This document shows positions 14,648-23,181 of a stretch of 64,000 nt of DNA, piece by piece. Every line of letters starts with the position of its first letter. Positions within the stretch are counted from its first letter, which is position 1. The stretch covers positions 1,754,737 through 1,818,736 of the forward strand of contig OZ252105.1 in assembly GCA_965248455.1 (NCBI GenBank), in the 5' to 3' direction. The notes under the pieces are model-generated. The model made no database searches and was not told the origin of the DNA. It worked only from the letters and a program-made list of their open reading frames with translations. The translations under genes were made by a program, and so were the position numbers. This DNA comes from Dehalococcoidia bacterium. GTDB lineage: Bacteria > Chloroflexota > Dehalococcoidia > Lucifugimonadales > Australimonadaceae.

Positions 14648-15745
14648 ATGAAGATCACCCACGTCGAACCGATCCTAGTCGCCCTCCCCTATGAGGACGG
14701 CGGCCCTGAACGAGAGACGACGCCCGGCCACAGCAGCGAGACCGTCCTTTCGCTGTTCGTCAAGGTCGAGACGGACGAGGGCGTCACCGGTTGGGGAGAG
14801 GCCTTCAGCTTCGCCACCGTGCCGGTCACCATCCCCGCCATCGCCGATGCGGTCGGACCGCTCGCCATCGGGCAGGACCCAACCGACATCGAAGCGGTCG
14901 CCGAGGACCTGCGTCGGCGCTATCAGAACATGATGCGCGGAGGGCCGGCGCGCTTCGCGCTCTCCGCCATCGAGATCGCCATGTGGGACATCAAGGGCAA
15001 GGTCGAGGGCAAACCCATCTGGCAACTCCTGGGAGGCGCGCCTAGGGAAAGCATCGAGGCCTACGCGAGTATGTTCCGCTACCACGAACCGGCGGTCGTC
15101 AAACAGATCGCCGCATCCGCCTGGCAGCGCGGCTACAGGAAGATCAAGCTCCACGAGCGAACCGTCGAAGCAGTCGCCGCCGCCCGAGATGCCCTCGGAT
15201 CCGGCGTGCCGCTCATGGTCGACGTCAACTGCGCCTGGTACCCCGACGAAGCCATCTCAATGGCGCAGCAGATGCAGCCCTACGACATCGCCTGGCTCGA
15301 AGAGCCGGTCTCGCCCCCCGACGACTACGACGGCTTGGCGCGAGTCCGTCGCGAGGGCGGAGTCCCGATCGCCAACGGTGAGAACATCGGCAATCCCTAC
15401 GATGTCAGATGGATGGCTGCCCGGGGCGCAGTCGATATCGTGCAGCCCTCCGTGGTCAAGCACGGCGGCATCAGCGACATCATGCGCATGGTCGAGATCG
15501 CCGAAAGCGCAGGCATGCGCGCCGTCCCCCATTGCCCCTTTGTCGGCCCCGGCCTGCTGGCGACCATCCACATCATCGCCGCGATGAAGACCGAGACGCC
15601 CTGCGAACACCGCTACTGCGACCTCAAAGCAAGCCCGCTCGGCGATGCCGTCGCCGCCGTGAACGGTCGTCTCAGCGTGCCGCAGGGCCCCGGCCTCGGC
15701 GTCGACCCGGATCTCGCCATCCTGGAACGCTACCGGGTTCGATAG
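14648..15745 (+). CDS. Enolase-superfamily enzyme (mandelate racemase/muconate lactonizing enzyme family)
   Basis: 365 aa. KIKLH, the metal ligands DVN...EEP...ENI, and an N-terminal capping domain layout. Confidence 0.85.
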   Translation: MKITHVEPILVALPYEDGGPERETTPGHSSETVLSLFVKVETDEGVTGWGEAFSFATVPVTIPAIADAVGPLAIGQDPTDIEAVAEDLRRRYQNMMRGGPARFALSAIEIAMWDIKGKVEGKPIWQLLGGAPRESIEAYASMFRYHEPAVVKQIAASAWQRGYRKIKLHERTVEAVAAARDALGSGVPLMVDVNCAWYPDEAISMAQQMQPYDIAWLEEPVSPPDDYDGLARVRREGGVPIANGENIGNPYDVRWMAARGAVDIVQPSVVKHGGISDIMRMVEIAESAGMRAVPHCPFVGPGLLATIHIIAAMKTETPCEHRYCDLKASPLGDAVAAVNGRLSVPQGPGLGVDPDLAILERYRVR

Positions 15746-15767
15746 AACGCTCGGTGCTCAGCAGGCG

Positions 15768-16133
15768 TCAGCCGTTCTCGCGACTGGGCCCGACCCTTTC
15801 GTCCTTGACGTTCGGGTCGTTGCCGGCAACATGGAGGATTTGCAGAGGTTCCGTCCCTGAGCTCTCGAACCAATACTTGAAGCCGTGGGGCATCACGATT
15901 CCCTCTTGCACCCCCAGCTCGGCCAGCACGACGTCACCCTCGCCGTAGAACTTCACGGAGCCTTGCAGAACCATGAAGAACCCATCGCTCACCGTGTGGC
16001 TGTGCAGCCTGTTCTCCCCGCCCTCTTTCACGAGCTGCATGTCCGCCGACACCCTGTCCGTCTTGCAGAGAACCGTCAAGTTCTTCGATCGATCGTTATC
16101 CGGACGCTGGTAACTGAACTGCTGGAGTTCCAT
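15768..16133 (-). CDS. Cupin domain protein
   Basis: 121 aa. The GGENRLHSH...GFFMVLQG...HGF pattern is typical of a cupin barrel. Confidence 0.7.
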   Translation of the reverse strand: MELQQFSYQRPDNDRSKNLTVLCKTDRVSADMQLVKEGGENRLHSHTVSDGFFMVLQGSVKFYGEGDVVLAELGVQEGIVMPHGFKYWFESSGTEPLQILHVAGNDPNVKDERVGPSRENG

Positions 16134-16474
16134 GCCGCATCAGCCTCCCTTTACCGCCTGCGGGTGCATCGCTCACCCTACGTATCGTGTCGAGACAACA
16201 GCCGGAGGGTTGAACCCTTCTCGCGGAGTATAGAGAAACGGTGGGTAGCATGCGAACCACGCGGTTAGCAGGAGCGCCCGGCAGCAGGCAACAGCAATCA
16301 CAGGTCGCGCTGCCTGCGGTAGACTACGCGGCGTCCCCACGTCTGCCCATCATCCGGGAACTTGCGAAAGGATACAGCTGATGGACATGCTCAGGCGGGT
16401 CGTCGGTGTGGTTCTTACGGTGCTGGCGGTCGTGCTGTCACACTGACCTGTGCGCGGATAGCCTGCCGCCTGCA

Positions 16475-17659
16475 TCAGCCGCCCTGCGTTGCGCCGACCT
16501 TGGTTCCGAAGCAGCGCTCGGCGTTCTCCCAGAACAGCTTGCGCTTGGCATCGGCGTCAATGCTGTCCCAGCCAAGGACGATGTCGACGGAGTCAGGGAA
16601 CCGCGACTCGGCGTGCGGGTAGTCCGACGAGAACATCAGCATCTCGTCGCCGCAGAGGCTGTTGACCATCCGCACCATGTCCTCGCCCTCGTGCAGCACG
16701 ACTGCGGCGAAGAACCGGCCTCCCGTCGTGTACTCCCACATGGACTGCTTGAGGTCGTCGGCGACGTAGCCCATGTAGGTAACTTGATCCTCCATGCGCT
16801 TGGCCCAGAACGGTATCCAGCCGAAGCCCGACTCCAGGATCGCGAGTTTCAGGTCCGGGTGGCGATCCATGATCCCCGATCCGAAGAACGCCCCCACCGT
16901 GCGCATCGCTCCCCATGGATGCGACGCCGTCCGGCCCAGGAACGGATTGTCCCAGAGGTCGCGCTCGCCGGGGTAGCCCGACGCACTGCTGTGGTGAACG
17001 ACGGTCAGGCCCTGCCGGCTGGCCTCGGCCCAGATCGGCTCCAGATCCGGGTGGTCAATCGGGTAGTCGAGCGGCAGATGCACAGTCATCGCAGTCGCCC
17101 AGGGCGCGCCTTCCCAACGCCGCATCTCCGTAACCGACCCCTCGACGTCCCTCGACGTGGTTTGCAGCATCGACGTGAACCGCCCGGGATACCTGCCGCA
17201 GACCTCATCCAGGTAGGCGTGGAGCGCACGGATGAACGCCATGTCTACGTCCGGGTCTTCGTGCGACCCGAAGGCGTTGCAGACGAGGAACTGCGTATCG
17301 ACGCCCTCCCGGTCCATCTCCTCGATGCGTTTGTCGATCAGGTCATCCTCGACGCCAACGGTGGGGTAGATCCGGCCCATGAACTGCTGGAAATGGCGCT
17401 CCTCGCCCTCTCGCGGCCCGGCCTCGCCGAGGCGGCGCGCCTGCCGCTGGCCCCATCCCTCCGCGCTGCCGCCGAACCGGTACCAGTTCTTGAAAGGCTC
17501 GGAGAGCTTCTGCCCTGCCCTGCCGGTCTTCACCGGACGTTTGAACGGCTCGAACTCCGCCAGCCGCGCTCGATATGCGGGCTCGAGGTACTCCACGATC
17601 GTCTCCACCGATGGCTGAAAATGGGTGTCCGCATCCCATACGCGGTAGCCTGCTCTCAC
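16475..17659 (-). CDS. Amidohydrolase-2 (ACMSD-like metal-dependent hydrolase/decarboxylase) family protein
   Basis: ORF 16475..18166 trimmed to the GTG at 17659, preceded by GGGAGGGG. Shows VWDADTH at the N-terminus and ...SSDYPHAE near the C-terminus. The long N-terminal extension in the track is Arg/Pro-rich junk. Confidence 0.8.
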   Translation of the reverse strand: MRAGYRVWDADTHFQPSVETIVEYLEPAYRARLAEFEPFKRPVKTGRAGQKLSEPFKNWYRFGGSAEGWGQRQARRLGEAGPREGEERHFQQFMGRIYPTVGVEDDLIDKRIEEMDREGVDTQFLVCNAFGSHEDPDVDMAFIRALHAYLDEVCGRYPGRFTSMLQTTSRDVEGSVTEMRRWEGAPWATAMTVHLPLDYPIDHPDLEPIWAEASRQGLTVVHHSSASGYPGERDLWDNPFLGRTASHPWGAMRTVGAFFGSGIMDRHPDLKLAILESGFGWIPFWAKRMEDQVTYMGYVADDLKQSMWEYTTGGRFFAAVVLHEGEDMVRMVNSLCGDEMLMFSSDYPHAESRFPDSVDIVLGWDSIDADAKRKLFWENAERCFGTKVGATQGG

Positions 17660-17727
17660 GATTCCCCTCCCAGGACGACTGCCTCGCCATGACTCGATGT
17701 CAGCCGATGATACCTCACGACGCGGGG
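17652..17727 (-). promoter_or_regulatory. Conserved 76-nt leader/RBS/start module, copy 1 (amidohydrolase)
   Basis: Minus-sense sequence CCCCGCGTCGTGAGGTATCATC...CGAGTCATGGCGAGGCAGTCGTCCTGGGAGGGGAATCGTGAGAGC. It is duplicated at 20619..20694. Confidence 0.6.
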
Positions 17728-17784
17728 CTTGGAGCGTATGGAACGGGTTCACACGGTTTTCAGGAGTGGCACGTCGCCCTGACG

Positions 17785-20580
17785 CTAGCGGACGGCGGCA
17801 ATCGTTTCGGGGATGGGTATCTCGATGCCGTACTCGCTTTCCGTTGCGCGGACATCGTAGGAGGAGCAGGCGTCCCGGTTGCCGACGTCGAACTGCCAGC
17901 GCATCTCGTACTGCGAGACCTCGTAGGTTCGTGTGCTGAGCGTGATGCTGATGCGCAGGGTCACGCTGCGCGCCCAGGAGGGCTGTAGGGCTTCCACGCC
18001 CGTGAGCGTTACCTTCAGCGTGGCCTCGCCGGGGGAAGGCCGCGTTAGCTCGACGGAGCCGGGGTCCGCGTAGCTGATGATGTTGACGAGCATATCGGCG
18101 GGGTTGGTGAAACCGTTCCGCCAGTTCGTAACGTCGGCGATAGCGCTGATGCTCGTCCCTCGCCATTCACTCGCGCGCTGCCGCCAGTAGCGCCATCCCA
18201 CACTTTCGGAGTAGCGGAAGATGAAACCCCGGGAGTTGCTGTCGAGACGAACAACGGCAGGGAAGCCGTAGCCGAGGTCCCCGATGGCATACCGGCCGTT
18301 GAAGGTGGCGTCGCGGCAGCCGCTTTGTCCTCCCCATCCGCCTCTGACGCGGAAGCGGGCGGAATCCGCCTCGAGCAGCGCAGCGTAGGCGCGTTCGGCG
18401 AGCCGGACGCCGTTCTCCTCAGCGACGGTGGGCGACGAGCCGCGCAGATTGTCGGCGAACACGATCAGCTCCTCGACCTCCTCCATCGTCATGCCGGGGC
18501 GGACGAGCGGGTGCGCGTGAAGGCGGAACAGCGCCTCGTCCAGCTCGCTCATCTCTGGCAGGCGCAGTGCGCTGTGAATGGACATCACACTGATGGGGGC
18601 AGGCCGGTGGTGTACTGCAGCGAGGGCATGGAGCGCCTCGTGGAGGGTTACGTGCCGAACCTCTGCGCGGAGTTCATCGGAGCCTCCCGTGCGGGTATCC
18701 AGCCACACGCTGATGGAGGCGTCGGTGACGGCGCCGTCCACGTAGAAGTCCGGCCCTCCGCACCCTGCCGCGTCCTGGCAGTATTCCTTGAACCCGATAT
18801 CCGCACTCCGGGTGGCCGGCACGCCAACGTACGCCTTGAGTTGCGCCTGGTCTCGTGTGTCCACCCACTCGAAATCGAGGTTCAGCAAGGGGGAGAGGCT
18901 ATCGAGCATCTCCTCCAGCACGCGGATGTACAGCGAATCGCCGGAGGGGTCTGCCCAGACCGTCACCGGCCCTTCCTGATCCCACTTGCGGATAGTTGGC
19001 GACGTCCACCCCCCACAGCCGCCGAGGAAGTCGTTGTCCAGAGTAGCTTCCCAATCGGGCCTGTCGCTGAAGCACTCCCAGACATCCCGATCGACGCCCA
19101 GGATGCGCTCCGGCACAGCAATGGGGGCCGATTCCGCTGCGCCATCGGCGAGGCTGGCGCGCAGGTCCGCGCCCATCGGCGCACGCACGCGCAGCACGTG
19201 CTCCGAAGGTCCGAATCCGTCCAGCAACCCCACGCTCTTCACCGCGCCGCCGCACCCACTCACCGGTTCGCCACTGTCTCCATGACAGCTCACGGCGATG
19301 TCATAGCTCTCCGTTGCAGGGCGGTAGCCGTCGTTGTTCAACGATAGCGCGAGTTCGACCTCCACCGTGCCGTCCGACCAGTAGCCGAGCACCTCCGCCG
19401 TCGCATCGAGCGCGAGTTCGACCGGCAGCTTGTCCAGTACGCGGATGACGTTCTGCGCGGTGTTGCGTTCGCCCCAACGGTAGCCGTCGTCCGGCGCTCC
19501 GGCGTAGGCGGTAACGAGCGTCTCGCCTTGCGGTAGGACGAGCATCAGGGTGGCATTCGCGCTGCTGCCTACTGGGATAGACCCTAGCGTTGCGGAGGAG
19601 GCGCAGACAGGAGGGGCGTCGTTGCAGAGCACGCCGACGGTCAGGGGGCCGCTTGGCCCGGCGCCCTCGTTCGCGACTCTCAGGGGTATCTCCACGATGC
19701 CGTCGCCGTCGCGATCGTAGCGGACTGTGCGCGCTGCACCGATGGCGAGGACGAGACCCACATATTCCACGAATACCGGCGCTGTGATGGCGTTGTCGTC
19801 GGTCAAGGCTTCAAGGCTTGTGGTCGCGGCGGAGAGCGTGATGTCGTACGCGCCGGTAGGGATGGGCAGGAGGAGCGTCGTGGTCTCGCTCGCGCCGGGT
19901 TCGATGCGCTCGATGATGACGGCTCGTTCGGCGCTGCCGGAGACGCCATCGTCATCGGGCAGCGCCGTCCATGCGGCGGAGAGCGCAACATCCTCTGCCG
20001 CGATGCTGCCCGCGTTGGTGACGCGCGCCTCGAACGCCATCGCACCGTCACCCGCAACGGCGTACTCCGTCAGCTCAAGCGCGAGGTCGGCTGCGTGAAC
20101 GCTCACGAACTCCGAACGCTCCGCGCCGCCGACGCTGAACGTGATGCGGTGCTCCCCAGGAGCGAGCGCCCGCACGATGGTGAGCGTTGCCGTTTCGCCT
20201 CCGGCCAGGCCGCTGATCATCCCGTCGTCCTGGAACGCTCCTCCGTCGACCGCGACACGGACGGCGACATCCTGTCCCGTCGCCTCGCCCTCGTTCGTCA
20301 CTGTAAGCGAGAGTTCGACCTGCACGGAGCCATCGCCCGCTCCGGTGAACTCAACGCCGTCGTAGGTGGCGCGATACGAGGCAGGCAGCGGCGTAGGCTT
20401 GGGCGTGGGCGATGGGGTCGGGGTTGGGGTTGGGGCCGACGTAGGCATCGAGGTAGCCGTCGGGGTAACCGGTGGGGTCGGCGTCGGGGCCGCGTTGCAC
20501 GCCAGCAGCGTCGCGACGGAGAGGATGCACGTCAGCGTAACGGCTGGGCGCCAGGCGGAGCGCACGAACACTCTACGCAA
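17785..20580 (-). CDS. Large secreted lipoprotein with Pro/Thr linker, CARDB-like repeats and a C-terminal HExxH zinc-metallopeptidase-like region
   Basis: 931 aa. Signal with lipobox LLAC. PTPTPPVTPTATSMPTSAPTPTPTPSPTPKPTP linker. Repeated ...VTNEG/VANEG...TL modules. HVTLHEALHAL motif. TTG start as given by the track. Confidence 0.7.
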   Translation of the reverse strand: MRRVFVRSAWRPAVTLTCILSVATLLACNAAPTPTPPVTPTATSMPTSAPTPTPTPSPTPKPTPLPASYRATYDGVEFTGAGDGSVQVELSLTVTNEGEATGQDVAVRVAVDGGAFQDDGMISGLAGGETATLTIVRALAPGEHRITFSVGGAERSEFVSVHAADLALELTEYAVAGDGAMAFEARVTNAGSIAAEDVALSAAWTALPDDDGVSGSAERAVIIERIEPGASETTTLLLPIPTGAYDITLSAATTSLEALTDDNAITAPVFVEYVGLVLAIGAARTVRYDRDGDGIVEIPLRVANEGAGPSGPLTVGVLCNDAPPVCASSATLGSIPVGSSANATLMLVLPQGETLVTAYAGAPDDGYRWGERNTAQNVIRVLDKLPVELALDATAEVLGYWSDGTVEVELALSLNNDGYRPATESYDIAVSCHGDSGEPVSGCGGAVKSVGLLDGFGPSEHVLRVRAPMGADLRASLADGAAESAPIAVPERILGVDRDVWECFSDRPDWEATLDNDFLGGCGGWTSPTIRKWDQEGPVTVWADPSGDSLYIRVLEEMLDSLSPLLNLDFEWVDTRDQAQLKAYVGVPATRSADIGFKEYCQDAAGCGGPDFYVDGAVTDASISVWLDTRTGGSDELRAEVRHVTLHEALHALAAVHHRPAPISVMSIHSALRLPEMSELDEALFRLHAHPLVRPGMTMEEVEELIVFADNLRGSSPTVAEENGVRLAERAYAALLEADSARFRVRGGWGGQSGCRDATFNGRYAIGDLGYGFPAVVRLDSNSRGFIFRYSESVGWRYWRQRASEWRGTSISAIADVTNWRNGFTNPADMLVNIISYADPGSVELTRPSPGEATLKVTLTGVEALQPSWARSVTLRISITLSTRTYEVSQYEMRWQFDVGNRDACSSYDVRATESEYGIEIPIPETIAAVR

Positions 20581-20618
20581 GGCTGGGAAACGTGCGGAAA
20601 AGCCGCTCTCGGTAATCC

Positions 20619-20694
20619 GCTCTCACGATTCCCCTCCAAGGTGACTGCCGCGCCACGACTCGGCGCCGGAGCGATGATACCCCACGACGCGGGG
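20619..20694 (-). promoter_or_regulatory. Conserved 76-nt leader/RBS/start module, copy 2 (lipoprotein)
   Basis: Same sequence family as 17652..17727. Here its GTG opens a 17-codon uORF (VRADYRERLFRTFPSLA*) whose stop overlaps the TTG start at 20580. Confidence 0.6.
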
Positions 20695-20818
20695 CGGGTG
20701 CCGAGCGGGCTGCCGCTACGCTCAACCGAGGGAGCCATACCGTAGTTTTCAGCGTTCTGTCCGTTTATCGGTCATTTCCCTCGATCGCTCAAACTTCTGG
20801 CGCGCGCGGTTGTTATAG

Positions 20819-21199
20819 GGCCGCCTCAGGAGTGAAATTTCAAATAGGGGACTCATTTGGCTCTATTTGGCTCCATTCACTCCTAGCCGGGAGGCTGAAA
20901 ATGAGGCCGGGGTGGTCTCGTTCTGCTTTCCGGTCACTCGTACGCGCTGAGCCAGCGTGGCCTCGCTGTGGCCTCGTTTGGCCTCGGTTACGGATCCGTA
21001 GGCGGGGCTGGGAGTGGCCAAGAGTGGCGAAACTTTTAAAACGGTCTCATTTAGTCTCATTCAGTCTCATTCCTCTCGTCTACGCGGGCCAAGGATGCGA
21101 GGTTCCTGTCTTCGCGGGAACGACGAGGGGCCTTCGCCGTAACGACGCACACAACCACTGTAAGGGCTGGCGCGGCGACGGCGCAATGGGCAATTGTCG
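20819..21199 (-). repeat. Complete A-H-B-C element (copy R2), inverted relative to R1
   Basis: On the plus strand the order is C (20819-20995), B core GAGTGGCCAAGAGTGGCGAAACTTTTAAAA, iterons 21042-21071 (reverse complement AATGAGACTG / AATGAGACTA / AATGAGACCG), H at about 21095-21125, then A to 21199. Reverse complement of TTACAG at 21158-21163 and of TTGCGC at 21181-21186. Confidence 0.9.
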
Positions 21200-21380
21200 T
21201 GGGGTACGCGTAGGGGTTGGTCTCGCCTCTGCTCTCGTCGCCCCAAGGGGCAGTTATGCGAATTAGGGGTTTATCGGGTTTCGCTAAACCATCCTAAACT
21301 TCCTATAAACCCGTCACTCGCCTCGGTTGCCAGTTGTCAAAAGGAGGTCGTTCGATCCCTCGCCGCCATTAGGTGAGGCG

Positions 21381-22643
21381 CTAGTCGTGGCGGCCCAGTA
21401 GGCGGGATAGCTCCGCCATGGCGGGGCTGCCGGCGGATGCGGCGGACGGCATACTCTCGTATCGTTCCAGCAATGCCGACTCTGAAAACTGCTGTGGCCA
21501 GTCCAGGTTAACGGCGGTCCATTCCTCAGTGCGCTTTACGGCAGACAGGTTGAGCAACTCGACCATATCCCGCACCATCGCACGGTCGGGGTGCTTGAGA
21601 TCTCTGTAATGTACGTAGTTTCGTGTGTAGAGGTCGCGAAGGCTGAGTTCCCCTGCATCCAACAGGAGGTCGAGAATCCGCAGTTGCCGTTCGGCGAGCG
21701 CCCTGCGCCTGCTGTTGCGTAGCTTCCCGAACAGCGACCGTGCGAACTCGCGGTAGAGCACCCGCTTCTGATGATTGACGATCTGCGCGACGAGCGCGTT
21801 GCAGCTCTCTGCGACGGCTGGCAATGCGAACAGCAGGAACGGGGTGAGGTCGTGCTCATTCCGGCGAGACTCGTACAGCGCCGCCCGGTACTCTTCTGCG
21901 TGCTCGTAGTAGTAGTTGGAGAGGCTGACCATGACCATCTCGTTGACGTGGGCCTCTCGCAGCATGAGGGCTTCCAGCGCGCGGGCGGTGCGCCCGTTGC
22001 CGTCGCCGAAAGGATGCATCGCACCGATATGGTAGTGGGCGGCCATCGCCTGGATGATGCGGTCATGCTGCGGGAACTCCGTGGTGATTGCATCCGCCAG
22101 CCTGTTGAAAGCGGCTCGGCAACCATCGCCTCCTGCGATGCCCCGACAGCGCGGCATCCCAAAGATGACGTTGTCTCCGGCGGATCGTGTTGCGCCGGGT
22201 TCGCAACGGTCGTCGTCACAGCCGGTGACGATGCGCCGGTGAATGTCCAGAATCAACTCGGCAGTAACCGGCTGGTCGGTTTGCAGTGAACGCAACCAGC
22301 GGTACGTGGCGTTGGCTGATCGCAACTGCCGTTGGGAGTGCGTCAGATCGGTACGCGCAGAAGCGTCGGGAGCAAAGGCTTCGTCCCGTTCACGCTGGGT
22401 AAACTCAGCCCCCTCTATGCGTGCAGTGCCGACTGCCTCCAGCCGCAGTTGCTCCTCGTGGGCCTGTTCGATCCACTGGGGCAGGTAGGGCATCCGGTTC
22501 AGGACACCGGCTGCGGTTCTGGCTTCGATCAGCGGACCCGCAACGGCCGCAATGTCGTAGCGCACCCACTGCCGCGGGACGACGTAGTGGCTCACAGGCT
22601 GCGTAGTCATGTACGGGTCGCTTCGCCGCATTTCAAAGTTCAT
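21381..22643 (-). CDS. Fic family protein (AMPylase-type; class II with internal inhibitory helix)
   Basis: 420 aa. Fic motif HPFGDGNGRTARAL. N-terminal TARIEGAEF matches the (S/T)xxxE(G/N) inhibitory motif. TATAAT and AGGAG lie upstream at about 22655-22675. Confidence 0.9.
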   Translation of the reverse strand: MNFEMRRSDPYMTTQPVSHYVVPRQWVRYDIAAVAGPLIEARTAAGVLNRMPYLPQWIEQAHEEQLRLEAVGTARIEGAEFTQRERDEAFAPDASARTDLTHSQRQLRSANATYRWLRSLQTDQPVTAELILDIHRRIVTGCDDDRCEPGATRSAGDNVIFGMPRCRGIAGGDGCRAAFNRLADAITTEFPQHDRIIQAMAAHYHIGAMHPFGDGNGRTARALEALMLREAHVNEMVMVSLSNYYYEHAEEYRAALYESRRNEHDLTPFLLFALPAVAESCNALVAQIVNHQKRVLYREFARSLFGKLRNSRRRALAERQLRILDLLLDAGELSLRDLYTRNYVHYRDLKHPDRAMVRDMVELLNLSAVKRTEEWTAVNLDWPQQFSESALLERYESMPSAASAGSPAMAELSRLLGRHD

Positions 22644-22805
22644 TTCGTGTTTCTACTCCTAAATTATACCGGTTTCCCAATTCCATTTCAAGTTCGTTTC
22701 AGATTGGTTTCCATGCTGCTCGTCAGCGCCCCGTAGCCTCCACGCCTGCACCATCCCACTCGATGAGTGACGGGCGCCCCTACACCCACCATCCGTGTCT
22801 CGAAT

Positions 22806-22960
22806 GCGACAACAGCCTATTGCGCCGTTGACACTTCAACCTTTACCATCATTTGCATACGTCAGCCTGCCGCGCGGGCGGAACCTCGCATCACGAGGAA
22901 ACGGAACGAAATGGAACTGAATGGAACCAATTTAACAGTTTGCCACTCCTACGCACTCCT
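22806..22960 (+). repeat. A-H-B element copy (divergent)
   Basis: GCGACAACAGCCTATTGCGCC (TTGCGC at 22820-22825)...TTTACCA. Hairpin-like CCTGCCGCGCGGGCGGAACCTCGC. Iterons AACGGAACGA / AATGGAACTG / AATGGAACCA at 22900-22929. ATTTAACAGTTTGCCACTCC. Confidence 0.8.
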
Positions 22961-23181
22961 GAGAGTCTCACCACGCGTGGAATCGCATAGCAATGAGCAA
23001 GAACGAGCACGAGCTTCAGCAGGCGCGGGAATGGCCCCTTGTCTCTATCGTGTCCCTTCCAGAACGGATCCGGGTGCGGCACGAAACATCGGGCGCGTCG
23101 ACCTCAGCGAGGATACCCTGCGCGAGATGCGAGACGCAGGGCGACCGTGATCGTCGTCAGCCCGCGCGACGGGAGCGACCC

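Noticed and set aside
16475-18166. 563-aa version of the amidohydrolase ORF
   Set aside because: The N-terminal ~170 residues are Arg/Pro-rich, overlap the neighbouring gene's 3' end, and precede a strong GGGAGGGG-N4-GTG start at 17659. The ORF was trimmed accordingly.
21011-21040. Sigma-54 promoter in the B-module core (TGGCCAAGAGTGGCG)
   Set aside because: The GG-to-GC spacing is 9 nt rather than the 10 nt required by the TGGCAC-N5-TTGC consensus. The -12 element is also poor.
20863-21060. Possible conserved peptide encoded by the repeat elements (MRLNETVLKVSPLLAT... in R2; MQRNATDLKVSPLLAT... at 62143..62379; ...RVRVNGAQNEATLASFP at 50469..51053)
   Set aside because: Between R2 and the 62178 copy I saw several third-position-only differences in this frame, which is suggestive of coding. 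Several observations argue against it. The iteron period is 10 bp, so the ATGs rotate through frames. R1 has a 1-nt indel in the TTTAAAAGTT-CGCCACTC box that breaks the frame. The 14545 copy stops after 13 codons. Lengths and ends are not conserved. A DNA- or RNA-level function is the more economical reading, but the coding possibility deserves a formal test.
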